Shown here: positions 37,250 through 52,865 of the stretch, in pieces
How positions within the stretch are numbered: position 1 is the stretch's first letter
Layout of the letters: each line of letters opens with the position of its first letter
Assembly: GCA_907165135.1 (NCBI GenBank)
Contig: OU015567.1
Coordinates: 14,694,001 to 14,758,000 of the forward strand
DNA length: 64,000 nt
Origin: Oikopleura dioica
Lineage: Eukaryota; Animalia; Chordata
Direction: 5' to 3'
The notes under the pieces: model-generated
Database searches by the model: none
Told to the model about the DNA's origin: nothing
Seen by the model: the letters and a program-made list of their open reading frames with translations, nothing else
Translations under genes and position numbers: made by a program

Positions 37250-38900
37250 TGAAATGTCACTCTGATGTCTCTTGGAATCCTGGTTGTCTTCCGAGCCATT
37301 GTCCGAGTATCCACAAAACTCGTTATACGTTCGTTTTCGACCTGTGCTAGTCTCTGTATGTGCTTTGATCGCGCTGTCTTTCCTCTGTGCTGCCTTAACA
37401 AGAAGTATCATAAAGCCATCAAGTTTTGGGTTAACCCAAACAAATAAATTTGTTTTTCGCTTTCGGTTTTGCTTTAATCTTCAGACAGATTTCTGAGTTT
37501 ATATTTATGAGACGACTGGTCCCGTGCTGCCTGGGACGGCCATTAAGTTCAACTTGTCGTAACAAAGGTCGTAATCGTTAAGACTACATTAGGGCGTTTT
37601 TAAGGAATTCGATTGAAGAACTTCCTCCGTAGTAACTACCTGTAAGAGCTCGGCGTACTGTGTCTGTGCGTTGTGCGCCATCTGCAGTTGCTGCATGTGA
37701 TTGTACTGCGCCAACATCATCTGCACTGAAGATGGAATCATCGCGTACGAGGGCCTCTTCTGTATCGAAAATGCGTCTGAAATAGAATCTAATTACTATA
37801 AACAATCATTTATGCAGCTTATCATTAATTCTATCCTCAGAGCACCTATATTTTTATAATCGCTCTTTTTCATTTTGGGTGTTTTGATGAAGATTAATGA
37901 AGACTTCGATTTTCAATTGATCAAAATTAACATTTTTATTGCGTCAAAGTATTTATTTTTTAGTTTGATTTGATTCCGGAGCTAGTCAAAACTAAAAACT
38001 TCCAAAAATTAATAGTCTCATGATTTCACGGAAGTGATTAGTCCATCTGTGAAATTTCACACCCCGCGGGGCATGGCACCCATATTTACCCGTTTCCGCA
38101 CCTTTCTTCATGTTTGGCTACCTTACTTAATTCCTTTGAATTTAAACTTTCGGAATTGATTAAAGTAATGCCCGTCTTTTTCTTAGTTTTGGCTGTTTTC
38201 TGTGTCGAAAAATCTCTTTTCTTCGCAAGGAATGCTCTTTTTTTCCGTTTGAAGGGGGAAGGTCTTATCCAAGAACAAAATCTGCGAACAGGAATCTCAA
38301 AAATTGAAAATCTCGGCGGCGAATGGGAAATAAGAAATGCCCCAAATTCGTTTTTTTTTTCGCGTGATTGACTTGATCCGCCAAATTCTCTCTCCGAATG
38401 ACTGATTTCTATTGACTCTCAATTCTAGAGTTACAGTACTTTTCTGTACTCTAGATTTCCGTCAAAGCGAATTTATTTATGATCTTTGTAAAAAACAGTT
38501 TGTTGATGCTTTTTAGGTTGTTTTCTTTTATTTGACAGCCTCGATTTGAGAGGAGACCTGGCTGAACCGGCAGCCAAAGCCTCCGGACTCGAGCAATAAA
38601 TCCATGTCCGACATTGCCGCCTCACAAAAAGGCTACGTAACTGCCGCCATATATAACTTACAAACGAGGCCAAGTTTTCATTCACTATTTTTTTAGACTT
38701 GTAGTTGGAGCCACAGTGCGCACTGCGGACAGATTTGGCTTTCCTTTCAACATAGCCAAATTGTTTTTTCGGTCATTTACGGCTCATCAATATTCATCTT
38801 TCCCAGGCGTGTGCGAGATGCGGCCTTACGGGATGGGGCCAAAATAATGCTGCCAGGGGAACAACTGGAAGTTCGAGGAAATGACAACTTATTGACATGA
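37250..38900 (-). CDS. Possible uncharacterised multi-exon gene
   Basis: Several coding-like minus-strand segments bounded by GT/AG (FQLFPWQHYFGPI; KQFGYVERKAKSVRSAHCGSNY; MSDMDLLLESGGFGCRF; DTEEALVRDDSIFSADD). No family recognised and the model is incomplete. Confidence 0.3.
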
Positions 38901-40039
38901 AAATCAGGTGATTGCTGGTACAATAATAATTATTACAAAGTTCACTGGTGAACGTTTCATTTTCTATACGATGGGAAAATGGCCGTCCTAAAATTACCGT
39001 TGTTTTGAGAGCCCAAAATGGACATAAATTTAATTCGTCCGGGATTTTATGATACTCTCGAAAGTGATTTATTTGCTTGCTGAAGATACCATAATTATTA
39101 CCTGTTTTGTTCACCGCTAATTACAGTTGTTTTTCTACCCCTCGGTTTCTCTTGTTAGTTATTATAACTTTGGCAATTGACAATTGTCTCTGTTTTTGGT
39201 TATTTTTTGCGAACTGTGGTAACAATTAGCCGCGAGATTAGCTCAAAGTGCGAGTGGACACTGGATCGATTCTGACGATGATTTTTTTTTGTCGGAAGAG
39301 TGGCCGGTGCGGACACTGTGGAACTCAGCATGTGTCCCAACGGTGGTCACGTGACGGTGTTTGTGGACGAGTGCATCCCCCGCTGAGCCTCTCTTTATCT
39401 CATTTGAATTGAGGCAACGACAATCGAGGGGGACGAGTTTTTAATGCGCATTTCAAAGTTTTCACAAGATAAGCCTTTCAACCCGGCCCACATTCAAGCG
39501 GTATTAATTTTGCAGCGTATATAGATTCTGTCGCTAAATTAGCTGGCGAAGAAAGGCTCTATAAATGATTTCCTGTCAGCGGCGATTAGCGGCCTGCATA
39601 AATGATGATCTTGCGTCAGTTTAATTTTCCAAATTGCAACTTGTTCTTCAATAACCCCAAAATTGAAATCAAGGAAGACTTTCCGTACTTACAATAATGA
39701 GGAAAGGCTTTTCCCTTTTTGCTCTCTCGTTACTCGGTTATTCTCTCTGTATGATTCAATTGGCAAAAACCTGAATTATTCACACGACCTTACTTTTATC
39801 GTTCGCCTCGGACAATATTCACAAATTGCTGCCATGACGCATATAACGATTGATAAAGTCACTAATCATCTCATACTCTTTGTGAGGAACCCCCACTGCG
39901 TCTTTCAGACCTGCGATTCGACCAAATTGCTGCTGATATCAGTGATTTTGCAATAAAGCGACAAAGAAGCGGATTTGAAAATCGTGGGCATGAATTTTTA
40001 TTCACTGAATATTTATGATCTTGAAGGAAATTTTGCACA

Positions 40040-43000
40040 TTAAACATCAACTTTTCGGCGTTTCTCCTTTTTCTGCTTCTTGCTCTTTTTCGAGTCTTTG
40101 TCCTTTGACTTTTTCCTCTTTGGCGAAGATTCCCTGAATTCATTCATCATCCACTGTAATTTTCAAAACGCGTACCTTTCTGGCGAGCCAGCATACGAAA
40201 CCTTCCTTATGTGAGTATCTTCTCTTCTCGATGATTTCTTGGAGTCCTTGGACTTTTTAGACTTCTTCTCTTTCTTATCTTTCGACCTTCAAAATACGGT
40301 AAAATGTGGTTAATCGGTGGTCCTTTACTTCTTTCTTTTGAGCGGTTTAATTTCGTATCCGTCGGAGGCGTCCGATTGTGAATTTGACCTAGAAATGACC
40401 GTGCGCAGGTCGGGTAGTTTGACATCAGCCATCAGCTCGGCATCTTCGCCGACGTTGATTTCAAGTTGATCTGATTTTTCTGTGTTGTTGTCGTCCATGT
40501 CCATATCCATTACCTAAACAGCCAGTTTGCACGAAGTCTAGGGGTGTCCCTTCTTACTTGGTGAGTAATGTCATCAGCAGTTTCGGGCGAATGAGCTCCA
40601 TTGGTTTTCTCTGTATCGACAGGCTTCCATTTGCATGCATCGATGAGCTCAGGTCCAGACGATGGCTTCTCGTCTTCGGGAGAATCTGGCGCTTTCTCGC
40701 TCGCTTCATTTGACGTCGCTTCTCCCTCCTGCTCGGTTTTGGAATCATCAGACTTCTCCGGGCCAAGGCTTTTTCGCTATAATGACAGTTAAACTTCAGC
40801 GTCCTAGAAAGCTGTTTGATTTTTAAGCTACAAATACTAACCACTGGAAAATGTTCCAGATTTTATGCTCTTACGGATTAAGTTTGGGATTATTTTACTT
40901 GGAATTTTTGGCCCTCTGCGGGACTCTTTTTTTTGTAAATAAAAATTACGCGGGGATTTTTCTTTTTCTTGATCCCATCTTTTATTGGGTGTTTATTTTG
41001 AACTGAGCAGTATAACGAAGGCAATGTTGAAGAAATGAATGGCAAGGTGATGTAAAGCATACAGAGAGAGAAACTGTGGAACGAGTAGGAAATGTACAAT
41101 TTGAGGGAGAGTGATTGCGTTTGATTGCGGGTCACGTGGTGTGACGGTTTATTAAAATATCTTATTGGAAATTGAGGAAGTTGGAACTCATGGGAGTGTT
41201 TCAACGATTGGCGAGGCAGTTTTTAATAAATAATAATTGATAATAATATCTGCGTTTATATAATGGCAATAATCATGGACGTCGAAATAAAAATAGCAAA
41301 AGAAGATTGCATCAGAAGGGAAAACAAATAAATTTAGCGCACCTTATTGATGAGATTGTCCTCTGCATCGTCTTCCGATGATCGCTTCCGCTTGTTTCGC
41401 ACTGGGCTGCTTTCAGAAGACGCGTTTGACCCTTGTTCCTCTTGAATAGGCGAAGGAGGTTTCGACAGTTCCTCTTCAGACTTTTCAGGGAGAGCTTTTT
41501 CGACGGATTTTGATTTGGATTTCGTCCGAGACTTGCGTTTCCGAGAATGACGCTCTCCAGATCGGGAGCGTGTTCGATCTCGTCGATGCTTTTTCTCTTT
41601 CTTTTCCTTTTTCTCCTTTTTGGACTTCTTAGATTTCTTATGCTCCTCGGGCCTAGATTTTTGTAAGAAAAAGCAAGATATTTGAATCTTACTTGGGCGA
41701 GTCTGAGCGTTCCCCAGAGTCAGCTTCTTTGTCGGGAGTTCTTGATCTACCGCGTTGTTCCTAAAGGAAGGTAGATATTATTAAGTTTTTACCGAAAATT
41801 ACCTTTCGATCAGGTGTAACCGATCGTCTCCTTGGCGATCTGGAACGAGAGCGACTTCTTGACTTGCTTCGAGATCTGCGCCGCTTTGATCTGTCTCTTG
41901 ATTTGCTTCTGCTCCGACTTCTATGTCGTCGACTTCGATCTCGGCCACGATCTCGCGAGGACGAGCGGTCTCTTCTTCGATCTCTCCCCGAACGTCGGCT
42001 TCTGTCTCCGCTTCGGCTTCGACTCCGGTCCCGGCTGCGATCTCGACTACGATCCCGGCTTCGGCTTCTATCTCGGCTTCGACCCCTTTTCTCACGGGAT
42101 CTTGAACGCGATCGGTTCTTCCAATAGCTGCGATAACGATGACGGTCTCTGGATTTCGAGCGTGAGCGGGCTCGTCTAATTTCTCCAGTTGTTCCTGGTG
42201 GCGGAACATTCATTCCTGGCATTGGATAATTCCATGGCATGCCTAAAATCAGGTAAAAAGAAGAAAATCAGACGATGTTTACCTGGTGGAACGCCCGGAA
42301 AGCCTGGGAAACCGAATGGGGGCATTCCTGGCATCATTGGCGGCATACCCGGCATCATCGGTGGCATTCCTGGCGGCATGGGTGGCACTATTGAAGAGAT
42401 TTTGAGAATATATTCAAGCTTATTTTTAACTCACTTGTTGGCGCATCCGTTGTGGCAGTAGGAGGGGGAACACCAGGCGGTGGAATTGGAGGGGGAGCTG
42501 TTATGCTCGGGGCAGTTATCTAGAAAGACGGTCATTTACGCATATTGAAAAGACGCAACCTGGTTTGCAGCAGGAGGAGGGACGTTTGGTGGAGGAACAG
42601 TAGTGTTCATCCCTGGAGGAGGGACAGACGGGTTCATCGGCGGCATTGCCTAGTCAAAGTAGGGTGATTGACATAAATACAAGAGGCATACCTGACTTGT
42701 CGGCGGTGGAACAGGAGGGAACATCGGAGGAGGAACAGACATGGTAGGTGCTGCGGCAGCAGGTGCAGTAACGGACGGACTTGACTCAACTTTAACTAGG
42801 GTTACAGGCTCTGTCTTTGCCGTCACAGTATATCCGGAAGAGAGTGGGTTAGACTCTGTATTTCCAGCTTTGTGGACGGCTCCGTAGCCGCCGTATTCAA
42901 TTTTTCTAGGTGCAGCAGCGGGCTTCTTTTGAACTGCTGAAGGCCAGATCTGTCCCTTTCGTCGGTAGTCATTTCGATTCCTCAATAATTATAAAATGGC

Positions 43001-44007
43001 GAAATCACCAAAAAAATTACTTGAATTGAATAACTTCGTCTTTGACAATCTTGTCTTCCAGCATTTCAACAGGCTTCAGTTGTTTCTTGCATTTTGGACA
43101 TAAGCTGTCATCCGAGTCGAGTAGCTTCTGAGTAATACAGTTATTGCAGTACGTTGTTGAGCAGCAGGGTGTTTTCCTCGCGTCTTGTATCAATTCATTG
43201 CAAATTGGGCAGCAAAGTTCGTCTGGAACTTGCTCTTGATCATCTTCATTCTCTTTTTTGAGTGGAGGAAGGAAGGGAGGTCGCTCCTTCTTCGGGTCAA
43301 GGTACGCTTGTTTTTCAAGCTTGGTAACAACATAAACTCCGGGGGATTCAAGCTTGGCGCCGGGATCAGTTGCACTAGCTTTGACGAAGCTTGAACGAGG
43401 AATGCCAGTTGGAGCGCGCATTGGCTTGTCCATCTTCTTTGGCATTGGGCATTGATTGGGATAGTGCCCCTGGCCTTGGCACTTGTAACAGCGAAGATAG
43501 CTTGGAGCTGGCTGGTCGGATTTGTAACCACGGCCTTTTCCCTTCCAACGATGCTCATCGTAGCCGAGAGAAGACTGCTTGATGACAGCATCCATCAGAT
43601 CTTCTTCTTTCGCCTGAGAGCTCATTTCCGCTAGATTCGCATGATTCATCAGCTCTTCTTTAGATACAGTAGGCTTAGTCGTCTTTTTGACAGCATAAGT
43701 TTGGCCACCTTGGTTGGCCAAACGAGAGGCACCAAGTGGAGTACGCCTGACTTGAACTGACGAGTTTTTGGGTATCTGCTCGTTTAGATTTCTGTACTCT
43801 TCTCTAGTTTGAGCATTGGAGATTGACAGATCATTTTCGGTTGGCTTTAGCTGCTCCTTTTCCATGATCTCGCGCTATAATGGTCATGTTAGATCGATTT
43901 CAGAAAAGGCTCCTTACCTTGAGATCCGCAAGAGATATACTGAGGCCATTGAATTGGACGGTGTGATATCTCGCAGAAGCGGAGAATTTGTAGTGGATAG
44001 AAGACAT
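40040..44007 (-). CDS. RBBP6: RBBP6/Mpe1 E3 ligase: DWNN, zinc knuckle, RING, Pro-rich, RS and Lys-rich regions
   Basis: MSSIHYKFSAS...FNGLSISLADLK and IPKNSSVQVRR (DWNN); CYKCQGQGHYPNQC (knuckle); CPICNELIQDARKTPCCSTTYCNNCI (RING); RS dipeptide tract at 41760-42200. Confidence 0.93.
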
Positions 44008-44209
44008 TTTTCAAGGCTTCTCTGCAAAAATTATCTATTGCTGTTATTTTTTGCTCATTTCGATAATCAAATCTAAATAGGGAAAAAGGTAAAGGGGTAA
44101 TTATTTTCTCGAAAAAGGGAAAAGGAATTATCATTATTTATTATATTTCGGATGAGCCATCGCTGGCACACTCTTATTCGCCTGTTTTGATAGCTGGATT
44201 CTCTTACGC

Positions 44210-45109
44210 TCATGCGCAGATGCTGTATTTTGAAGTCTGTGAGCATCGTGCGGATCGAAAACATAACGAGGCTGCGATAAACGCTTTGAAAAAGAATGAT
44301 GCCTTCGCCTTCTCGCTCCGCGCAGAGTAAATTATAGAGTGAACAGGCATTTAGAGAGTTTGAAACTTCAACGGGGATGCCTCTTCGTTTAAATTCGTCG
44401 GTTAACTCTGTCGGCAGTCGTTCAAAATTGTCACCAGTGCCGACAACGACAAGGAAAACACTTGGAAAGACCATTGTTGCGGGAATAAAATGCTCAAATC
44501 GCCAATCTTGGACATTTTCCGGAGGTCGCCAGGATAAAACGAGATCTCGCATGCACATTAGATCTCCTTTGACGGTATAAATGTGTCCTCCTGCAGCATT
44601 TACAAGTGTGGAGTTTTCGTCGATGTTTGTGATTGTGACCATGCCTCTATATCTTTCACTGAAAGTTATCTCATTATCGTGGAAAGGAATGTAGAAAACT
44701 TGCCTTAGAGACGAAATAGTGGCAGTAGTCCTTCCATAAGAAGCGTCCTGCTCATGTGGCTCCAGATCTGGATCGTCGTCTGGATGTCTCGGGGCCGTTC
44801 TCTTTGTTTAAAAATTCCAAGTAAGCGTAAATAAAAATTATCGATTGACTAACCATGCGAAGGTCTAATTGGTCCTGAAGATCAATTTCTTGCTGGACGC
44901 CCGGGTCAGCGTGGTCACGCAGCATTTGATTTTCGCTTTTCATTTGATTTATTTCTGCCTGCGAAAAATATATGAACATGAAAAAGGGGGAAGTAAAGAA
45001 AAACCTGCGCAACTTTACTTCTGGCTTCATGGTTCTCTGCTTGCGGGATATACGTATTTCTCAATCTTTGGCTTAGAACCGGCGTTCGAGTAAGCGCCCT
45101 TCGCAGCAT
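44210..45109 (-). CDS. NDUFAF3: Complex I assembly factor 3 (Mth938/DUF498 domain)
   Basis: Mitochondrial-presequence-like MLRRALTRTP. Motifs LVVVGTGDNFERLP and RRGIPVEVSNSLNACSLYNLLCAE. GC-AG intron near 44700. The 3' end is approximate. Confidence 0.82.
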
Positions 45110-45193
45110 ATTGCTTTTTATTCAATTATGCCGATTTCTGAAGAACGAGATCGTAAGAAGGGAAAATGTACACTAGGGCAGGTCATTGTTGAT

Positions 45194-46074
<881 letters not shown>

Positions 46075-47158
46075 TCTGAGAATGATTTATGCAAAACTTT
46101 GACGAATTCATGGACGTTTTATAATAGGATTTTTCATTGATAGGCTGTATTTCCTTGACACTCCAGAGTTTCTTAGACATAAGAAACCTTAGGAATCATT
46201 TTACGAAGTCATTAAAATTGGTAAATAATATTTATTTTAACAGTAATAAAAGCATGCAAAACGTCTCTCTGATCACACTTTCAGTGAATCATTTTAGAAA
46301 TTTATAAAGAAAAAGACATTTGTTCAGCAGATTCTTTGGGAGAAAAACATGTTTTCGTGTTGGAATCTTCTCGAAGCTGTCTTGCAGCCTTGGTGGCGGT
46401 GCAAAATTGTCTCTTTGGGACTCTTGAGGCGCCCAATCGCCGAATTCGATTTTCAGCTAGCGCCTTCGATTGGCGCTGGACCAATCGACCAGTTACGCAA
46501 CGAGTTTATAGATTTTCCAAAAATTGAGCCAAACGAACCACTTTTTAGCGTTTCCAGCCATTTGAAATTGAGGGTGTGAGAGAACCTTTTGACCTCGATT
46601 ATTATGACCTCTTTTCTTATTTGAATAGACCTCGAAAAGAGACAAATTAGAACAAAAAGAGGAGTGAAAACGACGAATTTTCGAAAAATGCGAAAAAGAG
46701 ATTATTTTGAAGATTTATTATCGAAGAGAAAAATAGAAGATCAATTCAAGAATTGAAGATTTTCATAAAAAAAAAACTGATTTTTACATTTATTTTTCGA
46801 CAAATTAGGTAAACATCATCTCTTACAGGGACTATCGCGTAATTACGTTAATTTTCATCATATTTTTAGTTTTTTCCCAAATTTTCCGCATTCGAACCTG
46901 ATGAAACCTTTCACACCCTGTTGTCGATTTTCTGTACAATGCATGGGGGTTACGTAATAACCTGTCGGTGGTCGCTCAAAGCTATCAGACCTCCTCCAAG
47001 CCAGTGCTCTTCCTGTAGGAGTACGAGTATCGCTTTCTAGAAGTCGCCCTTGTCCCGCTCCTCAACTTTGTTTTTTCAGAATGAATCGCATTCTGTTAAC
47101 CTCTCCGAGATCGGTGCTTGGGACGCTCTTGTCAAGCTTCCAAGCCTTGCCAGGATCG

Positions 47159-48200
47159 ATGTTCTCCAACTTCAACTTCAAGAACTTCAAATGCGCCGCT
47201 GCTTCTCTTTCCGCCGGCCTCGTCGGCGTCGGAGCTTTCTGGTATTATTATAGCTATCTAAACGACGACAGCAGGATACCCAAGACCAAACATCGCGGAA
47301 TAGAGATTCTTTACCAAGAGCATGAAAATTTCGCCGCGCTGCGCAAAAATTGGAAAATTGTAAGTCAATCATAACGGCCAACCGTTGTATAAACCTGAGT
47401 CAGGATTTGAAAATGCCTAATAAGAAGCGGCATATTCAGCATTTTTAAATCCTGACTCAGGCTTTTTACACTGTTTGCCAAGCCCAAGGCATGACCTCCC
47501 AAGCGCAGTTCAAGAGTGATAAGTAGGACAGGGATAGTAGTAACAGATTTCGAAAATACTCAGGACTTGACCCCGATTCTAGCACGTCAGCGCTATTTTC
47601 TGCGATCAAGCATTAGCGTATGGGAGACAGTCACGTTCCAGAGTCTATTTCGTATTCTGCTAGTCGGTGCTTCAAATATTTGTTAATACTACTACTAAGC
47701 TTCGCTGAATAAGCGGCTTTGAAAGTTGTTGATGGCGAAATAAAGTTGTAAGATCATCGAACTCGGGAGACTCTGGCTGTTTTCGAATTGACGCTAAATA
47801 TACTGCAACTCTTGTCTAGGTTCGAATTTAGACTCTAATGAATCTCTTCAGACCTTGTCAAATCTTCTCTCCGACGCTGAGAGATGCCTGAAAGCCGAGC
47901 AAGTTGAAGCTGGAGTTCGTTTGGTCTGCACGGCTGCTGCTTTAGTCGCCCTTGTTCAAAATGAAAAAGAAGCCAATAGCTTGCTGAATTCGTTGCTGTG
48001 TCTTCCGGACTTTAAAAAGCACGAAAGCCTCATTCGGGACGAAATCAAAGAAGGTAGGGATTCAAGGAAGAGAACCTCATTTCAAAAATCTAGACATGGA
48101 CGCAGTAGAACTCATCATCAAGGGAGAAATGTCGGACATCTCCACCGCCACACTGAAAGAACTGCGAGAAAGCACCGGCGGCCAAACAGAAGGAAGCTAA
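47159..48200 (+). CDS. Divergent TOM20-like outer-membrane protein (N-terminal anchor plus helical TPR-like segment); alternative start 47081
   Basis: AGLVGVGAFWYYYSYLNDDSRIPK resembles the TOM20 anchor. LLSDAERCLKAEQVEAGVRLVCTAAALV resembles the GEELL..G..EKGV.HL.NAIAV helix pair. Similarity is weak. Confidence 0.4.
47376..47480. repeat. Short member of the CCTGAGTCAGG palindromic family (intronic)
   Basis: CCTGAGTCAGGATTT at 47394 and AAATCCTGACTCAGG ending at 47461, with flanks resembling the arms of 36793-37213. Confidence 0.7.
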
Positions 48201-48307
48201 TAAACCCACGAAACTCTTTTGCCTTTAAAATCTCTGTAAAATATTATCACTGACAACCATGCCAAAAATATAACGTCTTCCCGGAGTAAAAAACAAGCTT
48301 GCATAGA

Positions 48308-49797
48308 ATGGGTAGAAAGCAGGAAGGAAATGGGATTCGAGCGAAGCTTCATTCGGCGGGAGTTCAGATCAAAGTTCTTGATCAAAAAGGAGTCATTGGT
48401 AAGATTCGTTGAGTGTGAATATATTCATTCCAGATGATTGTTGGACTAAATTTTAAAAGCCTTCTCCTCAGAGATCAACTAGTGATAATAATTGTTTTTG
48501 TATTCCAGCTTGGAAACATTGATAAAATATATGTATAGATCTTGGTTCGATACAGTTATGGTTTGGCCTTCTGTTCGGCTCTTTTGGATTTCTTTACGTT
48601 TTGTGGCAATTCTTCATCGTAGAAACAGACCCAATGTCCCATTTTCCCGCCCATATGCGTGCCGAGTTTCAAGATCAAAAACATCTTTATGAGCGCTTTG
48701 GAGATCGACAAGGTATCGCGCGCACTATAAATATCGCGATGGTAGTGTGTGACCCGACAAAGGTCGACGCTGTTTTTTCAACGATAAAGAATATCGTCTT
48801 ACTTTCCATTTCCCCGGTGCATTTGCTGCTCTTTACTCAAGACGAAGTGATGAAAAAGCTCATCCCGGATGTCGAAAAGTTTTCTTGGAGTGTGCCGGGC
48901 CGACTTCAATTCAGAGTAAGCGATTTTTATTGTAAATGGAAATGAGAATTCTTCAGTTCGAATTTGCTCAAGAAGAAATATTCGGATACAAAGAATCGGT
49001 TCCCTGCGAGCAGCAAAAGCTCATGCTCCCATCTGAGCTACAAAATCATGGATTACCAGCGATATTGGTCGTTGGTCCCGAATTTTTGGTAACAACGAAC
49101 ACGGACGAAATCTGGAGAGATGAAATCATCGGCCTCGGAGAGAAACAGGCACTTGGATTATTCGAGGATCGACACCAATTGTCAACAGATGTTCTTGCAA
49201 TTGATCTAATCCGTAGCTTGACAAACGGTAAGAAAAGTTCATTCACAACACTTTCAATCTTCGAATTAGACTTGAACGTCACATGCAAAAAAGAAGAGCC
49301 CAATGAGCGCGGTCCATGGCACAACTGGAAAGTCTGGAAAGGAATGCGTGACCAAAAGCCACAGTTGGAATCTATTCAAGCTGAATTACAGCAACTCCGG
49401 CACTGCAACCAGGATATCGTGAAACGAATATCTTACGAATTTGAGAACGGAAAGTACGGATTGAGAAAAGTCTTCAACAACCGAGTTTTCGAAGCTCTCC
49501 AACATGCGTTTTTGAAAACAGACAAGGACTTGTCAGGTAGGGCAGCGGAAATACTTCAAGAGTTATTCAACTTTAGATAAAGCCTTCAACGACCAGGCTT
49601 GGGAGAAGTTGGAGAGCTTGGAGCCGAACAATATTGATCGAAATCTATTGACTGATCTTTTGGAAAGAATCAAAGACGGCTTTCAAACCGGTAGGCGTGC
49701 TTATTTTTTCGGCAGTCAGGCAATTCTACGTATTTCAGCGATAAATACTCAAAACGAAAAAATCAAGCGAATCGAGGAAGAAGCAAACTTTGTATAA
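48308..49797 (+). CDS. Type II membrane GT8 (GXYLT-like) protein, probably catalytically degenerate
   Basis: TM LWFGLLFGSFGFLYVLWQFF. INIAMVVCD...TIKNIVLLSISPVHLLLF and PCEQQKLMLP align with GXYLT (HLAVVACG...MLKSAIIFSIKPLQFHIF; PCASQRLFLP). Confidence 0.65.
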
Positions 49798-50220
49798 AAA
49801 AGTGGAAAATGTATTGTCCTCTTTAAAATCATCACTGCTCGGCTTATGTAAATATTTTTGAACATTCCTTCTTCTGCACGTTTCTTCAGCACTGTACTTA
49901 CTCTTCCACTGTCTTAGATATTGATTCAAGTTCTTCAAATAAAGCACTACAAAGCTACAAAGCGCGGGATTATGTTCCAGCAAGTTTTATTCAGTGCAAA
50001 TACAATAGTAATGATCAACGAGTAATCTTCGTTTTCAAACTCAGCAAAGCATGACTCCAAGACTCTTGGACCAAGAGGCGTATAATTCAAGTCAAATAAA
50101 CGGGTAAAATTCGAAATGCCACGAAAGAAAATAGCTTTGATTGCCGGACGGAAAGTTTCTTCCGAGAGAGTTTCATTCAAGAGAGAATATAAATTATGAG
50201 AGAGATTTTATTGACTCCCA
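49749..50220 (-). CDS. Possible small antisense gene overlapping the 3' end of the GT8-like gene
   Basis: Two canonical GT-AG introns join frames in phase (…DYSLIITI/LCSALFEELESISKTVE/DRAVMILKR…). No clean ATG and no recognisable family. Confidence 0.25.
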
Positions 50221-50382
50221 CATGTTCCTAGAGAATTATTGATAGGAATCGAAATTCTTAAATAAAATCGCCAATCGCTCATTTGAGGTTCAAATATCCT
50301 GTTTCTTTGTTATTCTGAGCCGTATAAAAAAGCCTTTGAGCTACTCTCTGAGATAATTTTTGGAGTTTCTTTCAGAGAAAAG

Positions 50383-52164
<1,782 letters not shown>

Positions 52165-52865
52165 GCTCAACTTGCACACCGAAATAAATCAAAATTGCAA
52201 TTATTCTAATAAAAGCTGTCTACCGAGCTCTTCAGAAGCCTACATTTTTCCTGGCAGATATTTCTTCTTTACAGTGTCATCAATCACAAGTGCAATTATC
52301 CAGCATCGTTATATTCTGTATTAGACTAACTTCTATATATTTATTTTTTTTCTGCAAAAAAAAATATACTAAATAGTTCCGATTTCGAATCTGAAGGTGA
52401 GTGGCGAAATTTCGCGAATAGTAAAGACTTTTGATTTTTTATGAAAAAAATATGCAGTTATCTCTGCCGATAGCAGTAGTTTTACGAAGAGTGATCTTTC
52501 ATGATCCCTCTTTGAAATTCCAACCCGTCTGATAGACGGCGCTCTATCGCGTCCAGAGATAATCAGTGCCAGCGACGCTCAATTCACTTCCCATTCACCT
52601 TCTTTTTTTCTTTATTTTCTGGATTCAACTGACTCATTTCTTCGAAGTCCGAAGCAAGGCTCGACCCAAAGCAGGTGAGAAAGTCGCCCAATAGGAGTTT
52701 GCTCTCTTCATTTGAGCTCGACTCGAGAGAATTTTCAAAAATAAATCTTATTTATTTTTTTGCCTTTCTACATAGGGGGCTTATTCTCTTTTCTCCACTT
52801 CCGACGAAAAATCGATCAAAATAGAGAAATCTTCAAAAAGCTAAGAGACATTTTCTGTCTGTAAA

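Noticed and set aside
41760-42240. Tandem repeats with long ORFs in several frames
   Set aside because: Explained by the RS dipeptide and PGM repeats of RBBP6. Not a CRISPR array or satellite.
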